Position numbers and translations under genes: made by a program. A DNA stretch of 63,240 nt, counting the filler, from Diploschistes diacapsis (taxonomy: Eukaryota): the NCBI GenBank assembly GCA_023645945.1. It is 24 parts of 24 records of this genome, joined end to end, with 100 filler letters (N's around TTAATTAATTAA, not from the genome) between each part and the next. Parts side by side here need not be neighbours in the genome. Positions count along the whole stretch, not along the records: positions 30,516 to 49,144 come from JALAIB010000406.1; positions 49,245 to 50,319 come from JALAIB010004060.1; positions 50,420 to 51,494 come from JALAIB010004061.1; positions 51,595 to 52,669 come from JALAIB010004062.1; positions 52,770 to 53,844 come from JALAIB010004063.1; positions 53,945 to 55,019 come from JALAIB010004064.1; positions 55,120 to 56,194 come from JALAIB010004065.1; positions 56,295 to 57,369 come from JALAIB010004066.1; 16 more parts are not named here. One strand, written 5' to 3'. The notes beneath the pieces are model-generated. The model was not told where the DNA came from. It saw only the letters and a list, made by a program, of their open reading frames with translations, and searched no databases. Positions within the stretch are counted from its first letter, which is position 1, and every line of letters begins with the position of its first letter. This document shows, one piece after another, positions 45,358 to 57,746 of this stretch.

Positions 45358-47402
45358 ATGTCTCTCAAACTACAGAATTATCTGTCGACTTGCACACTCA
45401 CTCTATCCAGATTGTATAATATAACTGCGCGTCGGTATAATCGACGGCCGATTAGCGCTACATTTGCGACTTCAATTCCATTGAAGAAAACCTCCGACGC
45501 TATGGCAATGCCTCTCCTCAGCGCCCAAGGGGCGAATGGAATCTGCATGTAGCACATATTTCCTAGCACTTACTTACAAGTGTCCTGATGTTCGTAGCAG
45601 ATAATATTTCCGAAGAGGAACTTTACGGATATACAAGGAATCGCTGGATGTATATTTGACGTATACGATTATTCGTGCTTTGCTAACTAGACAGATACAA
45701 TGAGGCTGAACAACTATCAAAAAGATACCTCAAATTTAATCTTCACGAACTCTTGAGAGCTGCAGTTGCAGCTGTCTCTAGTGATGGTGCTAAGTACTGT
45801 GTGTCTCTGCTTTGCCCTCAATCAGTTTGGACTCAGACTGACTTGTTTCGAGGCACTAGAGTTCTCAAATGTCGTGAAGGCCTGAATAATAAAGCATATC
45901 TACTTACTATGGACAATAGTTTAGAGATCTTTGCAAAGCTTCCTAATCCGATCGCAGGGCCTGCTTATTATACAACGGCGTCAGAAGTAGCTAATCGTGC
46001 TTTCGTTAGTATACGACCTAAGCTTATGAAGAGCTCCCGACCGATTTTGATCTTATTAGCTGCGGGATGCGTTGAACATTCCCATTCCTCGAATTATTGC
46101 CTGGCCTGCGCATCGAGACAATCCCGTTGGGGCTGAGTACCTACTGGAGGAAAAGGCCCAAGGTGTGCCACTCGGCGACCTCTGGGTTCAATGGCCTATG
46201 AAGTTCAAACTTCAAATGATATCACAGATTGTAGAAGTAGAGCGCCGGCTTGCTTCGACAAAACTTACGAACTCTGGCTGTATTTATTTCAAAGGTGATA
46301 TTCAAGAGGGCATGTCCATCCGTATGATCTCGACAGGCTCCCCATTGCAGCCACCGGTACTTGAACGATTCACCCTGGGACCGCTAGTATCTAGCGGGCA
46401 ATGGCGCGGCGATAGAGCTTCCATGGGTATGCATCGAGGGCCATGTGAGTCTTCTATATGATGTAAGAGGTATCTTTCTAATGGCATATAGTTAATGGGC
46501 CGCTTGAGTTCATAGAAGCTATGGCCAAAAACGAGATACAATTTATCAAAACCCATGCTCATCCTCGTATGAATTACCACCGATCCTCTAAAACGCCTGA
46601 AATCCCTGAAGAGGTGCTTGATCTCCTAGACAAGTATCTTACCCTCGCTCCATCTATGGTCCCACCTTGCGGAGAAACTGATACGCACTTATCAACGCTC
46701 TGGCACCCAGATCTCCATCTCGACAATGTATATGTCGATCCCAAGTCAAAGCGAATCACACAGATAATAGATTGGCAATCCGCTGCCATAATGCCCTTCT
46801 TTTACCAATGTGGTCTTCCTAGAATGTTTAAGCATCCAGGGACGATCGATGATGATTGGACTTTGCCTAAGCTACCAGAGGGTTGCGATAGCTTCAATCA
46901 AATCGAGAAGGCAAAGAGTGATCGTGACCGAGATAGCAAGGTCTGCCATACATATTATATGGCGGAGACGAAGAGCGAAAACCCAGCACATTGGGCGGCC
47001 CTACAGCTTGAATATGCCAACGTGCGAAGGGAGCCGTCACGCCTCGTCGTGAATGTATGGGAGGATCACGACGTCTTCTTCCTTCGGCGGGCACTCCTTG
47101 AAATCGTCGAGCAGTGGCAAAATCTTTGTCCAGGGTGTGGTGCATGCCTGGTAAGCTTCAGTGAGGAGGAACTTGCATCACATGCGGCCGAAGAAGAGAG
47201 TATGAGCAACGTTGGCGAAATACTAAGAATCTTTCGAGAAAGCTGGGGACTGCCTCCAAATGGAATGGTAGCTCCGGCTGATTTCGATAAAGTCCGGGCC
47301 GACGTAGCGGAGCTTAGGGACTCCTTTATTGAGGATGCTGAGGATAACGCAGAAAGGGAACTCTTTGCAAAGCTATGGCCGTACCAGGATGTGGATAACT
47401 AA
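45358..47402 (+). CDS. Aminoglycoside phosphotransferase-like kinase (APH/AIM9-like family), multi-exon; start uncertain
   Basis: LYGYTRNRW/YNEAEQLSKRYLKFNL; EGLNNKAYLLTMDN...FAKLPNPIAGPAYYTTASEVA; NPVGAEYLLEEKAQG; LWHPDLHLDNVYVD...IIDWQ. Confidence 0.88.
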
Positions 47403-47993
47403 AAGCTCTCGCCTCCATCAACATCCTGTCTTATTATAGCCGAAAGATATCTTGGAGCTAAGAGCCTTGTACGTTAAGAGGGCTGCACCTGCAGGTTTCA
47501 ACGGCCTCCCCTCCCCCCAAGAATAGTAGTAACATTAGCCTTACGCTGTTCTCGTGCTCTCTAGATTTGTCACCGATAGGAGCGAACAGAATGTAACCAT
47601 ACTCAGAAATATGATTCCTAAGCGAAGCGCAGGACTATATTATACAGTAGTAATGCAGGGTTTAGTTAAGGATTGTTCCTGAACTTCAGACGGTCTCTCC
47701 CAAAGCGGGAAAGGGGTCAAGTATTGCCGCTTTCGGCGTGCCCCCTTGCTTCCTGCTTCCCCGCACACTGAAAGCCGTTTGTTTTGTTTCCGGGAACTCG
47801 AAGAACGGAGAGCCTTGCATCACTCAGTTGCTGATTGGCGAGCCTGATTCATGGATCAGGAACGATTGTTGTCTGCTTTTAGACAAACAAAGAAATTTGT
47901 CTGCAGCTCAAGCTCGTGTCTTCGTTCAAGGCATGGGAGTGACTGATATTTCTGCTTCCTTGTCGGTTCGACTCGAGTTCCCCGCTACATACC

Positions 47994-49144
47994 ATGAAGT
48001 TATTCAACAGCATACGCTCCAAGGGGAAGCTTCAGAGCCGGCATAAGATACCAGAAGCAGTTGTCTATCGAAGCTACAGCGGCTCAGATGCAGCTTCGAA
48101 GCTGGAAGCCAAAATCCTCTGTAAGATATTTGCATTCATATGTCCTCATACACGCGATGATACGTACACGACTTGCGAAGAGTCCATGACAGAGGGAGGC
48201 TGCATGCTTTGCGACATGCGAGATCTTGCACACTGCAGTCTGGTATGTAAATCCTGGACGCAGGAATCTCAGCGTGCACTGTGAGTCGACCAAGGCATGA
48301 TTGACTCTACTAACATCTGAAGGCACCGCAACGTCCGTCTAGATACAGTGCATTACTGTGAGCGCGAGGATGACCTGGCGGAGAAGAGGCGGCGGAAATC
48401 CCACCACTTCGACCGCAATGGTGAACCCAAGGACCCGGCTCAGCAACGACTGGAGTTGTTCGCGTCAACGATACGAAGCAACAGACGGCTAGGTAGCCAG
48501 GTGGAGACCTTGAAAGTTCCGTACATGACCAGGGAGACCTGCAAAGCAGAGCTCGCCCGTGCTGTGTCGTTTCTTCCAAATCTTCGATATGTCGACTTAC
48601 CAGAGGGTTTGTTCTGTGATGATCCGTCATCAGTCGGCTTGAGAGAAGAGCTGCGGCAGAGCTGTCCCGACCTACGACGGATGAAGTACTCCGGCGGATC
48701 AGAAGCTAGTTTTGGGCTGCTTGCACAGAAGCATCTCTGGCACAACCTTGAGATCTTGGAGCTCACCGGGCTTGCACTCGTACCAGACGTGCTACTTTAC
48801 GGCCTCGCATCTTTTTCGGCCCTTCGCGAAGTTAGACTTCAAGATATCAAATGCCTCGGCGACGCCATCTTTGCCCCGAACCCGGACCTTCCTCTATTCC
48901 CACCACTCCCAACGCTCGTCATCGAAGGTCCTTCAAGCCTCACAGCCACCGGATTAGTCACCTATCTCTCAAGACCGCAGGTCCGCGAAGCGCTCGCAAA
49001 CCTCTGTCTGATCGAAACCAGCATCCCCATCCAAGACATGCACGAGATCCTCGCCGTCGCCACAAACCTCCACCACCTCACCGTCCACCAAACCGTCACC
49101 CGCTCTCTGCCCCCCTCCCGTCTACCGCCCCTCCTATCCTCCAC
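47994..49144 (+). CDS. F-box / LRR-like domain protein; 3'-truncated at gap
   Basis: KILCKIFAFICPHT...CMLCDMRDLAHCSLVCKSW (split F-box); intron 48281-48322; then VRLDTVHYCERE...LKVPYMTRE...LPNLRYVDLP...CPDLRRMKY and LxxLxL repeats. Confidence 0.85.
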
Positions 49145-49244
49145 NNNNNNNNNNNNNNNNNNNNNNNNNNNNNNNNNNNNNNNNNNNNTTAATTAATTAA
49201 NNNNNNNNNNNNNNNNNNNNNNNNNNNNNNNNNNNNNNNNNNNN

Positions 49245-49483
49245 ATACGACTATCGCGTTAAACAATAAGCGTTATATAAAAAACCTTATATATCTAAAA
49301 TACGCGTTTTATATTAAGATTTATGTCTTATTTAGTAATTTAAAGTGCCATTATAATTTTATTTTTAATTAAAAATGATTCCATAATCGTACGCGTAGAA
49401 AATTGATATAAAAATTGAAAGTTCATAAAATCGGATGGGAGATATCCGTTCGCTATGAGTGTCCGCTCGCTATGCATATACGT
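49245..49483 (-). mobile_element. pogo/Fot1-type family G, other terminus
   Basis: Minus strand TA|ACGTATATGCATAGCGAGCGGACACTCATAGCGAACGGATATC, with a subterminal sequence different from the ends at 24154 and 50991. Confidence 0.75.
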
Positions 49484-50419
49484 TAAAAGATATTTAAAAT
49501 GCTTTAAAAGCAGCTTAAAAACGTGCTCTTAAACCTTTTATAACCTTTTTTATGCCGTGTTCCTCCTTCGCCCATTATACTCCTCCTCCGTTTACTATGT
49601 TCTTTCTTCGTTTTTTTAATTTCCGCGTCCGGTCGTAATAATAAATAATTATAAAGTATACCCGTAACGCGTAAGAAATTATTTACAAAAATATCGTTAT
49701 TTTTTAAAAACGCTCCCTCCGTCACGATCTTATAATCGTAAATAAATCGCGTTATTTTTTTTAAATATCGATATTACGCGTAATAGGTATCGTATCGCCA
49801 TTGCCGTTTCGTTAATAACGATAGCGATAATACGTAATATTTTTTAACGTTCGATTAAACGTATAAAAGTTATTTACGTAAAATTAAAACGTATTAAAAT
49901 CCGTTACGATTATTCGAAGAATATTCGCGACGGTAAAGAAACGTCGTTTTTACGTCGAAAGATCCGTAAAGAAATTATAGAATCTTTTTGCAGTAAATAG
50001 CGGCGGTAAAAGGGTCCGAGCCCGCGTAAACTCGGCGAGAACGGCAAAAACAGGCGAATTAAAACATGATGAGGTAATAAGCGACGGGGTGGGCGAGAAA
50101 ATAATATGACGATTTAGAGTAACGGAAAAGACGTCGTAGAATATAAGATCTTTAAAACCCTGTTTAGTATTATCGGCGATTATATCGAACGTGGCCGCGG
50201 TGGCGGTCGAAAAAACGGTAGGACGCGTAGATCGAATAGGGCGAGTAAATAATAAAATCTTTATCGCGTCTAAAAAAATTAGAATGTTAAGACTTAAAAA
50301 AAAGTATATAATCGATCGTNNNNNNNNNNNNNNNNNNNNNNNNNNNNNNNNNNNNNNNNNNNNTTAATTAATTAANNNNNNNNNNNNNNNNNNNNNNNNN
50401 NNNNNNNNNNNNNNNNNNN

Positions 50420-50988
50420 CCTTCGCGATTTAATATTTAAAGATTATTACGATTATTTAGACGTGTTTAGTTACGAAAGAGTTAACGAGCTACCCCCGTA
50501 TCGACCTTAATAAAACTATAAGATCGAATTAAAGAAAGGAGCCGTGTTATTTAGATCCGAGCTTTTAAGACGAATGTCGACGGACGAATTACAGGTATTA
50601 AAAGTTTATTTAAAAGAATATTTAATAAATAAGTTCATTGCACCTAGTTTAGTTAAATATACGTCCCCGATTTTATTCGTAAAGAAGCCTAACGGGAGAG
50701 GATTAAGGGTATACGTCGATTATCGTGGATTAAATAACATCACGAAGAAGAATCGATATCTTTTATTACTGATTACTGAAACGATTGCCCGGGTGATCCG
50801 AGTAAAGATTTATATTAAGTTCGATGTTATTTAGGCATTTTACCGATTACGAATGGCCACGGATAGGGACGAGGAATTAATTATTTTTTCGACTTAGTTG
50901 GGGGTATATAAGTTTAGGCTGATATCCTTCGGATTAATAGTAGGCCTTAATTCTTATTAATAATTTATAAACGATAATTTCAACGATA
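50420..50988 (+). mobile_element. Ty3/Gypsy reverse transcriptase, RIP-degraded
   Basis: YLDVFS...LPPYRP...SPILFVKKPNGRGLRVYVDYRGLNNITKKNRY...KFDVI*AFYRLRM...SFGL. Confidence 0.9.
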
Positions 50989-50990
50989 TA

Positions 50991-51494
50991 ACGTATATGC
51001 ATAGCGAGCGGACATCCTTCTCGATTCGTACGAGTTGTAATTATATTTACGTAATCAATTCGTACGATAATTCATTATATTAATTATTAGTATCTTTTTT
51101 AGAAGTTATAGATTCTATTTCGTAAGTTCGCGCATTATACCCGGACTAATTATATTTATGATAACGTCGTACGCGTAATCCGACTTCTTTCGTACGATTT
51201 TTATATTTAAATATATTATTTTTTTATACGAATTTCGACCTTTAAAAATTATAATGCGATTATTTTTAATACGTTAAATGATTTTTTAGCTCGTACGCAC
51301 GTTTTTTTAATCTTTTTTCGTTTATTAAGTGTTTTGTTCGTCGTACGAAATATCTTGATCTCGGTTTTAAAAACTATTATTTAACGTATAATCGTTCGCG
51401 TAAATGATCTAAATAATTAAAACCTATTCTCGATTATCGGGTTATTTCATATGAGGTTTATCTTTACGATCTAAAATAATTACGACCTTTATAT
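50991..51494 (+). mobile_element. pogo/Fot1-type family G inserted at a TA in the Gypsy RT
   Basis: TA|ACGTATATGCATAGCGAGCGGACA. The internal part matches 23991-24112 and the reverse complement of 54620-55019. Confidence 0.8.
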
Positions 51495-52099
51495 NNNNNN
51501 NNNNNNNNNNNNNNNNNNNNNNNNNNNNNNNNNNNNNNTTAATTAATTAANNNNNNNNNNNNNNNNNNNNNNNNNNNNNNNNNNNNNNNNNNNNGTATAT
51601 AGTGGTTGTGTAACGTATTTTATTATTTTTTAGTTATTTTAGATTAAACGAAAACTAGCCGTCGTTTATCAAAATTCTTTAAATCTATTAATTTTAAAGA
51701 ATAAGACCATATAACGACTGTATAACGTCCAAAAAATGGTTATTCGGTAGCTAGATCTTTGTTAAACGATAGATGTATTAATAAAATAATTTCTAAAGAA
51801 CTATCTATATTTGCGAAAATTCTACACTTATACAAGAACACGCTAGCGGGCCTTGGTGAATGCTTAGCATCCCCCCTGGTAGGCTGTATAACGTCGAAAA
51901 AACGTTTTTTTAATATCTTAAATGAAGTCTACGCATGAACCCGCTTATAATGATATATTCAAAAAACATATTTTTAAATGCGTTATGACCGAATTTGAAA
52001 GATAAAATAATACGTGTTTTCGAGTCGTTAATTTTAATTCGCTTTTAAAAATTAAATTCTGACATAATCAATATGCACTTTTCGGGTATAATAAATGAT

Positions 52100-52230
52100 A
52101 AAGTTAATAATAAGATTTCGAAAAAAAATCAAAAATAACGATTAAATTCGAAGAGATATTAAAGATTTAAAATATTTCTTGGCAAAAGTGGCCGAGCTTT
52201 GGGGGTGACCGAGCTGACCGTGAAACACGT
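52100..52230 (-). mobile_element. pogo/Fot1-type family F left end
   Basis: Minus strand TA|ACGTGTTTCACGGTCAGCTCGGTCACCCCCAAAGCTCGGCCACTTTTGCCAAG; matches 26802. Confidence 0.78.
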
Positions 52231-52299
52231 TATATAATAGTATTATAAGATAAATATATTAATAATAAATCCTTTTATCCCGATATATCTTTATAGTCT

Positions 52300-52669
52300 T
52301 GTAAAGGGTGGAATACGACAATGTGGCAAGATGGCTGCACGCAGGGCAGATTCATGCTAGGACTAATTACTGAAGAAGAGGAGAGAGTAAGAAGGGCAAA
52401 ATCCCCCTTCAAGTACCCGCAAGCTAAGACCCTGAATACCGCTTGTCCGACTATTGACATGCTCCTTACTTAATCTTACAATTATTTTTCCCTTTCTTGC
52501 TCTAGTTTCCTAAAACTACCTTTATGGTCCTTTCTTTGCCTATTAAAATAGGTTAAATGATTAACTCGATCTATATCGTTATTATTTCGATCTTTAATAT
52601 AAGTCGAGCTTGTTTTCGTTTTTATATATATACTTTAATGTTCGTTAATAGTTAATTATAATATAAATG
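52300..52669 (-). mobile_element. LTR family B 3' LTR (52300-52480) and 3' internal sequence
   Basis: 181-bp LTR; reverse complement of 29340-29714. Confidence 0.8.
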
Positions 52670-52769
52670 NNNNNNNNNNNNNNNNNNNNNNNNNNNNNNN
52701 NNNNNNNNNNNNNTTAATTAATTAANNNNNNNNNNNNNNNNNNNNNNNNNNNNNNNNNNNNNNNNNNNN

Positions 52770-53816
52770 GATAATGACACACCACCCGCCCCTGCCGTCC
52801 TCCATAAACACTCACCCCCTCCCTCTCCGCCTCCCGCGCCCAAACGGCATCCATGCCCTCCCACACGCCCAAATCCAGCCAGACCATGTTCGTCTCCACC
52901 GCCCTCACCAGCCTCCCGCCGCGCTCCGCCCACATCCTGCCGACTCTGGCGGCGACCTGGTGCGAGCGCGACAGCTGGGCGCCGAAGAAGGTGTCGCGGA
53001 CGGCGACGGCGGCGGGGGCGCTGAGCAGGCCGGTCTGGCGCATGCCGCCGCCCCAGCTCTTGCGGACGTGGCGGGCGTGCTTGACGAAGGGGTGCGAGCC
53101 GGCCAGCATGCTGCCGAGCGGCGCGCCGAGGCCCTTGCTGAAGCACACGGTCACGCTGTCGAAGAGCGCGCCGTACGCGCCGAGCCCGGCCTCGAGCTTC
53201 GCGCGCAGGCTCGCCGGCCCGTCCGCGCCGCCGCCGTCGCCGACCCCGAACGTCTCCCCCCGCGCCACCAGCGCCGCCACGGCCTCCCACAGCCGCGCCC
53301 CGTCCAGGTGCGTGCGGATCCCGTGCGCGCGCGCCCAGCCCGTTATCTCCCGGCAGGCCTCCAGCGGCAGGATGGCCCCGTGGATCGTGTTCTCCAGGCA
53401 GATCAGCCGCGTCGGCGCCACGTGCTCGTCGTCCGACCCCAGCGCCACGTGCGGCAGGATGTCGGCCAGCGTCAGGTAATCCCGCCCGCTCCCCGGCGCC
53501 GGGGAGACGGCGATGGGGAAGGCCCCCGAGAGCGAGCAGATGGAGCCGGCCTCGTAGTGCATTATGTGCGAGCGCGGGTCAGCGAGGATGCTGTGCGGCG
53601 GGCCCGCGGATGGGTGTTGGGAGAGGTGCACGCGCGCCGCGAGCTGGTTGCCCATCGTGCCGCTCGAGACGAGCGTGGCCGAGACGTGGCCGAGGAGGGA
53701 GGCGAGCTGTGTTTCCAGCGCGTTGGTGGTCGGATCGGCGTGCAGGACGTCGTCGAGGAGGGTGGTGTAGGTGAGGCTGTGGAGCATGGAGAGGGTGGGG
53801 GTCGTGGAGGTGTCGC
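52770..53816 (-). CDS. GLY1: Low-specificity L-threonine aldolase (PLP-dependent), partial at both ends
   Basis: DTSTTPT...LLDDV...DPTTNALE...VSSGTMGNQLA...HIMHYEAG...PTRLICLENT...HLDGARLWEA...DSVTVCFSKGLGAPLGS...RKSWGGGMRQ...VETNMVW. The exon begins after an AG acceptor at 53817. Confidence 0.92.
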
Positions 53817-53944
53817 CTTGTTTAGGTCAGAGGCGGGGATAGTGNNNNNNNNNNNNNNNNNNNNNNNNNNNNNNNNNNNNNNNNNNNNTTAATTAATTAA
53901 NNNNNNNNNNNNNNNNNNNNNNNNNNNNNNNNNNNNNNNNNNNN

Positions 53945-54583
53945 AACTCGTAGTTAATAAGTGATTGATAAATAATACAAAAAATAATCTTTTATAATAG
54001 AAATAAAAATAATCGAGGGGTTCAGCAAGATTTAGCTAAACTTCGATATTGACGAAAAAGAAAAAAAAGTTGTTTTTCGTTGGCCTGTATAGATGATATC
54101 TAGATCTAACTACTTCTTATTTAGGCCTACCCTAAGCCAGCGTATTAAGATCCCGCGTTCTTTTAAAGTAGTATAACTTCTATCTTTAAATCAACCCACC
54201 CTAAGATCTTATAATTCAGATCCTGGGCTTTTTTAAATCTCTTCGATTTAACCTACGTTAAATAACGTAATCGGTGCCCGCGTTCGTAACCGTAACAACT
54301 ACCGAGAAACGTAATTTTAATAAACGATTAAACGTAATAAAGCAGGTACTAATCCGGGCTCATAACCTGTTTAACAATATAATAGATATATTGAAATCTA
54401 AAGGTCTACTTCAGGAGGTTATTCTATTTTACAGACTTTTATCCTCGTAAGATACGCTAAGCCCTACTATCTATACTATTCTTTAATCGGTCTAGTTGGA
54501 ATTCCAGAAGGTTCAGCTGAACTGGACCTCCCTCTGGAACTCAGTCGAACTCCCAGCCATGCCTTCTGCCTGTCTGCTCAACA
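53945..54583 (-). mobile_element. Ty1/Copia family A 5' end: 5' LTR (54368-54583), PBS (54356-54367) and leader/gag start
   Basis: On the minus strand the LTR TGTTGAGCAG...AAACA is followed directly by GGTTATGAGCCC, the usual start of fungal Copia internal regions. The same structure occurs at 61487-62066. Confidence 0.85.
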
Positions 54584-55119
54584 TATAATTTCGACGAAAC
54601 TAACTTTGTTATAAGAATATTAGGTCATATAAAGGTCGTAATTACTTTAAATCGCAAAAATAAACCTCGTACGAAGCAGCCCGGTAATCAAAAATAAAAA
54701 TTTATTATTTAGATTGTTTACGTAGACGATTATGCGTAAAATAATAAATCTTAAAACCGAGATTAAGATATTTCGTACGACGAATAAAGCATTTAACAAA
54801 CGAAAAAATTTTAAAACAACGCGCGTACGAACTACAAAATTATTTAACGTATTAAAAATAATCGCATTATAGTTTTTAAAGATTAAAATTCGTATAAAAA
54901 AGGCTGATATATCTAAAAATAAAAATAAAAATCGTACGAAAGAAATCGGATTACGCGTACGACACTATAATAAATATAATTAATCCGGGTATAATACGTA
55001 AACTTACGAAATAGAATCTNNNNNNNNNNNNNNNNNNNNNNNNNNNNNNNNNNNNNNNNNNNNTTAATTAATTAANNNNNNNNNNNNNNNNNNNNNNNNN
55101 NNNNNNNNNNNNNNNNNNN

Positions 55120-55966
55120 CTATATGCATTTAAAGGATTACTCCGTTATATTCGAAAGATTAAAAATACGAAAGTTTAATTTTTAATTAAATCTAAATCT
55201 AAACTTTTAAAATTACGAAAATATTCTAATATAGATTACGATAGAGACAAAATAGACCGAAAGTCTATATATAGATAGATATATCTTTTAATTATATAGT
55301 GACTCAATATTATAGATAAGTAAAAAACAAAATTCAGTTTTTATGTCGATAATTAAAATTGAATATATTAGATTATTATATGCCGTAAATTATGCCGTAT
55401 GATACGTATAATTTTTGAAAGATATTAAATATTTAAAACTTATAAGACCATTTCTATTTACTATTAAATTATTAAGAAACAATATAGGTTTTTTGGATCT
55501 AATAAAGCACGCGAGAATCAACGACAGGTCAAAATATATCGATATTACTTATCATTATGTACGGAACCTAATTAAACGAGGCCGTATTAATATTATTTAC
55601 ATACCCATAAACAAAATAATTGCCGACGGATTAACGAAATCACTAAACTACGCTAAACACGACATATTCGTCAAAGAACTTGAACTAGTATAAAAGACAT
55701 CCAGCTAGACCAAATAAACATGCCGATGGTTCCGCCCGTGGGGAAGTATTAAACAGGTAGGTAAAATACATAGCTAGGAAGTTCAACTAAACCTCAGGTT
55801 CAGATTCAGTTCGGCTAAACCTACTAAGGTTCCTGCTAATCCTAATCGAGAATAGTGCAAGTCTATAGAACTTAATGGATCCTAATAGTATAAGAGTTTA
55901 CATGTAGACTATTCCTTCTAGTTAGATCTCTAGATATCTAGACTTCAATACATGCGTTGCCCAAAA
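55120..55966 (+). mobile_element. Ty1/Copia family A 3' end: RNase H, polypurine tract and 3' LTR (55747-55966)
   Basis: DRSKYIDITYHYVRNLIKRGRINIIYIPINKIIADGLTKSL; GTGGGGAAG purine tract immediately before the LTR. Confidence 0.88.
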
Positions 55967-56194
55967 ATTATTTATAATCGATAAAATATTTAAATAATAT
56001 CGAATTCAATATAGATCTTAATTCGGATCACACGGGCCATCGTCTCGACGATTAGGAATAATAGGTATCGATTTTTTTTCGTGATATTATTTAATTCTCG
56101 ATAATCGACGTATATTTTTAATTTATTCTCGTTAAGTTTCTTTACGAATAAAATCGGGGACGCGTATTTTATTAAATTAAACGCAATGAACTTA
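55967..56194 (-). mobile_element. Gypsy RT fragment (same family as 50420-50988)
   Basis: SPILFVKKLNENKLKIYVDYRELNNITKKNRY...ETMARVIR. Confidence 0.8.
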
Positions 56195-56295
56195 NNNNNN
56201 NNNNNNNNNNNNNNNNNNNNNNNNNNNNNNNNNNNNNNTTAATTAATTAANNNNNNNNNNNNNNNNNNNNNNNNNNNNNNNNNNNNNNNNNNNNG

Positions 56296-56750
56296 TGTTA
56301 TGATTTCTATTTATATAAAATATACACGAATAAAATTAAAATAAGTTTAGTTTCTATTAAAAAAAGAATATAATAAAAAAAAAAGATAGAATAATTATAA
56401 GTTTTAGACTATTTTTAGTAAAAAGGTTTTAAAATAATAAAGATAACGAATATAAATTGATCTCGAGTAATAATTTAAGATATTTATAAAAATAAACATA
56501 TCTTTTTTTACGAAAATAAAGTCGTGTTTATATATAATTAACTCGCTCGCCGTTTATTATAAATCTAACGAACGATGTCCTCAAGGCTTGTCGTTTATAA
56601 GAATAAACGCGATCATCGAGCGATAACGAAAGCTCGCTCGCCGTTTATAAGAATGAACGCGAACAATAAGCGCATTACGTGACCCCTGATCCTGTGACTG
56701 ATCTATATACAAAGCTGGGACGTGCCAAGTCTAGTACTTAGATTGTAACA
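56296..56750 (-). repeat. LTR family C, complete (455 bp)
   Basis: Minus strand TGTTACAATCTAAGTAC...ATCATAACA. Confidence 0.8.
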
Positions 56751-56799
56751 TAATATTATTAGTATTACGTACTCCGAGCCGGTACTAGATTTAGTTAAC

Positions 56800-57030
56800 G
56801 ACCTTTATCGTAGACGATCTTTGCCGCCGCCGTCTATGACGATCGAAATCGACGAAGAATACGAGGTAGAACGGCTATTAGTAAAACGACGGGTACGTAA
56901 AGGACGTGGATAGAATATATAATATTTAATACGATAGCTAAGGTATAATATTATCGACGATATATAAATCATAAAACGAAAATTATAAAAACATTCGGTT
57001 AACCGGATCCTCGAGTTCAAAATAAGGCAC
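56800..57030 (+). mobile_element. Chromovirus (Gypsy) chromodomain remnant
   Basis: PPPSMTIEIDEEYEVERLLVKRRVRKGRG*NI*YLIR*LRY...DDI*: chromodomain with Trp codons RIP-mutated to stops. Confidence 0.8.
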
Positions 57031-57229
57031 GCCGGCGCTGTAAAGGTTGGATTACAAAGGGTATAACATTAGAGTTATGGTTACGTTATAGAGATAGATT
57101 GAATAAAAGAATAAAAATTGGTTTAAAGATAAGAAAAGGGAATAATATTAGATATATTATTAGAATATTTTAAAACGAATATCGAGGGTTTTATTTCGTT
57201 TATTCGGTATTTATTTAAAACATTATTTA

Positions 57230-57369
57230 ACGTGTTTGACGGGGATTCCGGCCACCCCCAGATTCCGGCCACTTTTGCCAAGAAATATATTAAATCTTCA
57301 ATAATTCTTCGAAATTAATCGTTATTTTGTTTTGTTTTCAAAGTATTACTTTTCAATCAATTATCTATC
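57230..57369 (+). mobile_element. pogo/Fot1-type family F left end
   Basis: TA|ACGTGTTTGACGGGGATTCCGGCCACCCCCAGATTCCGGCCACTTTTGCCAAG. Confidence 0.8.
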
Positions 57370-57746
57370 NNNNNNNNNNNNNNNNNNNNNNNNNNNNNNN
57401 NNNNNNNNNNNNNTTAATTAATTAANNNNNNNNNNNNNNNNNNNNNNNNNNNNNNNNNNNNNNNNNNNNTTATATTATAGATGTATTCGGGCGCGTATTG
57501 TTTCTTATTATATTAAATTATTATAATATCGCATTATCGTTATATAACCTCGTAGTTTATCGTATTAAATTTATTCGATTCGATTTATATCGTTTAAATA
57601 TTAATAATTTTAAAAAAATCGTTTGCGAAATCGCGATATCTAATATTTATCGATAAATTAAAGATTTATAATCGTGATTTCTAAATTAAAACCGAATCGA
57701 ATACGTTCGCGTTAAATTTCTTTAATTATTTTTGTTATTAACGTAG

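Noticed and set aside
47705..47760. GC-rich hairpin upstream of the F-box gene as an ncRNA
   Set aside because: Short imperfect stem with no tRNA or snRNA hallmarks; no RNA gene could be supported anywhere in the window.
51845..51890. Possible third DNA-transposon end (TA|CAGCCTACCAGGGGGGATG on the minus strand)
   Set aside because: Single occurrence with no matching partner end in the window.
52774..53892. 372-aa and 208-aa plus-strand ORFs
   Set aside because: Antisense shadows of the GC-rich threonine aldolase exon. Likewise 31158-32087 (alternative frame of the MFS gene) and 18060-18590 (antisense to SLATT).
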